The position numbers and the translations under genes were made by a program. A DNA stretch of 64,000 nucleotides. It comes from Paraspadella gotoi (taxonomy: Eukaryota > Animalia > Chaetognatha). The stretch's first letter is position 1. Every line of letters starts with the position of its first letter. A model generated the notes under the pieces. That model saw nothing but the letters and a program-made list of their open reading frames with translations. It was not told the origin of the DNA and did no database searches. The DNA lies in the NCBI GenBank assembly GCA_051294375.1, contig CM119271.1, positions 4,014,862-4,078,861 of the forward strand. The letters are read 5' to 3'. Shown here one piece after another: positions 63,931-64,000 of this stretch.

Positions 63931-64000
63931 GGTAAGGTTATGCGATGTTAGGCAAGGTAAGGTTAGGCAAGGTAAGGTTAGGCGAGGTAAGGTTAGGCAA
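63931..64000. repeat. 15-bp tandem repeat GGTAAGGTTAGGC(A/G)A running off the window end
   Basis: About 4.5 units containing TTAGG/TAAGG pentamers. Confidence 0.85.

Noticed and set aside
63931-64000. True telomere (TTAGG)n
   Set aside because: The period is 15 bp with TAAGG/CAAGG variants, and the same unit occurs internally at ~34775 next to a TIR-like end.

Overview
Eukaryotic (metazoan-like, AT-rich, microsatellite-rich) draft-assembly sequence, not prokaryotic. Much of it has raw long-read error rates, so coding regions are broken by indels and most of the supplied ORF track is spurious. The main real feature is a full-length ~7.7 kb Ty3/Gypsy LTR retrotransposon of the CsRn1/Kabuki/Boudicca type at 1520-9196 (minus strand). 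It has TG..CA LTR ends, a 4-bp CTCT TSD, a PPT, a tRNA-Trp PBS, CHCC Gag and PR-RT-RH-IN order. It appears to sit in sense orientation inside an intron of an unidentified coiled-coil host gene. Also present: a second, very noisy Gypsy pol fragment (~19.4-21.7 kb), two families of Helentron/DINE-1-like non-autonomous elements (HINEs), MITE-like and other dispersed repeats, 19-, 22- and 15-bp minisatellites, an Asp-rich low-complexity region and a cluster of RFX X-box-like motifs (~60.8-61.3 kb). A large part of the window is made of inverted or tandem self-duplications next to N gaps, most likely assembly or read artefacts. I found no CRISPR array, no RNA genes and no clearly novel multi-gene system. 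Everything was read by eye, so coordinates in noisy stretches are approximate.
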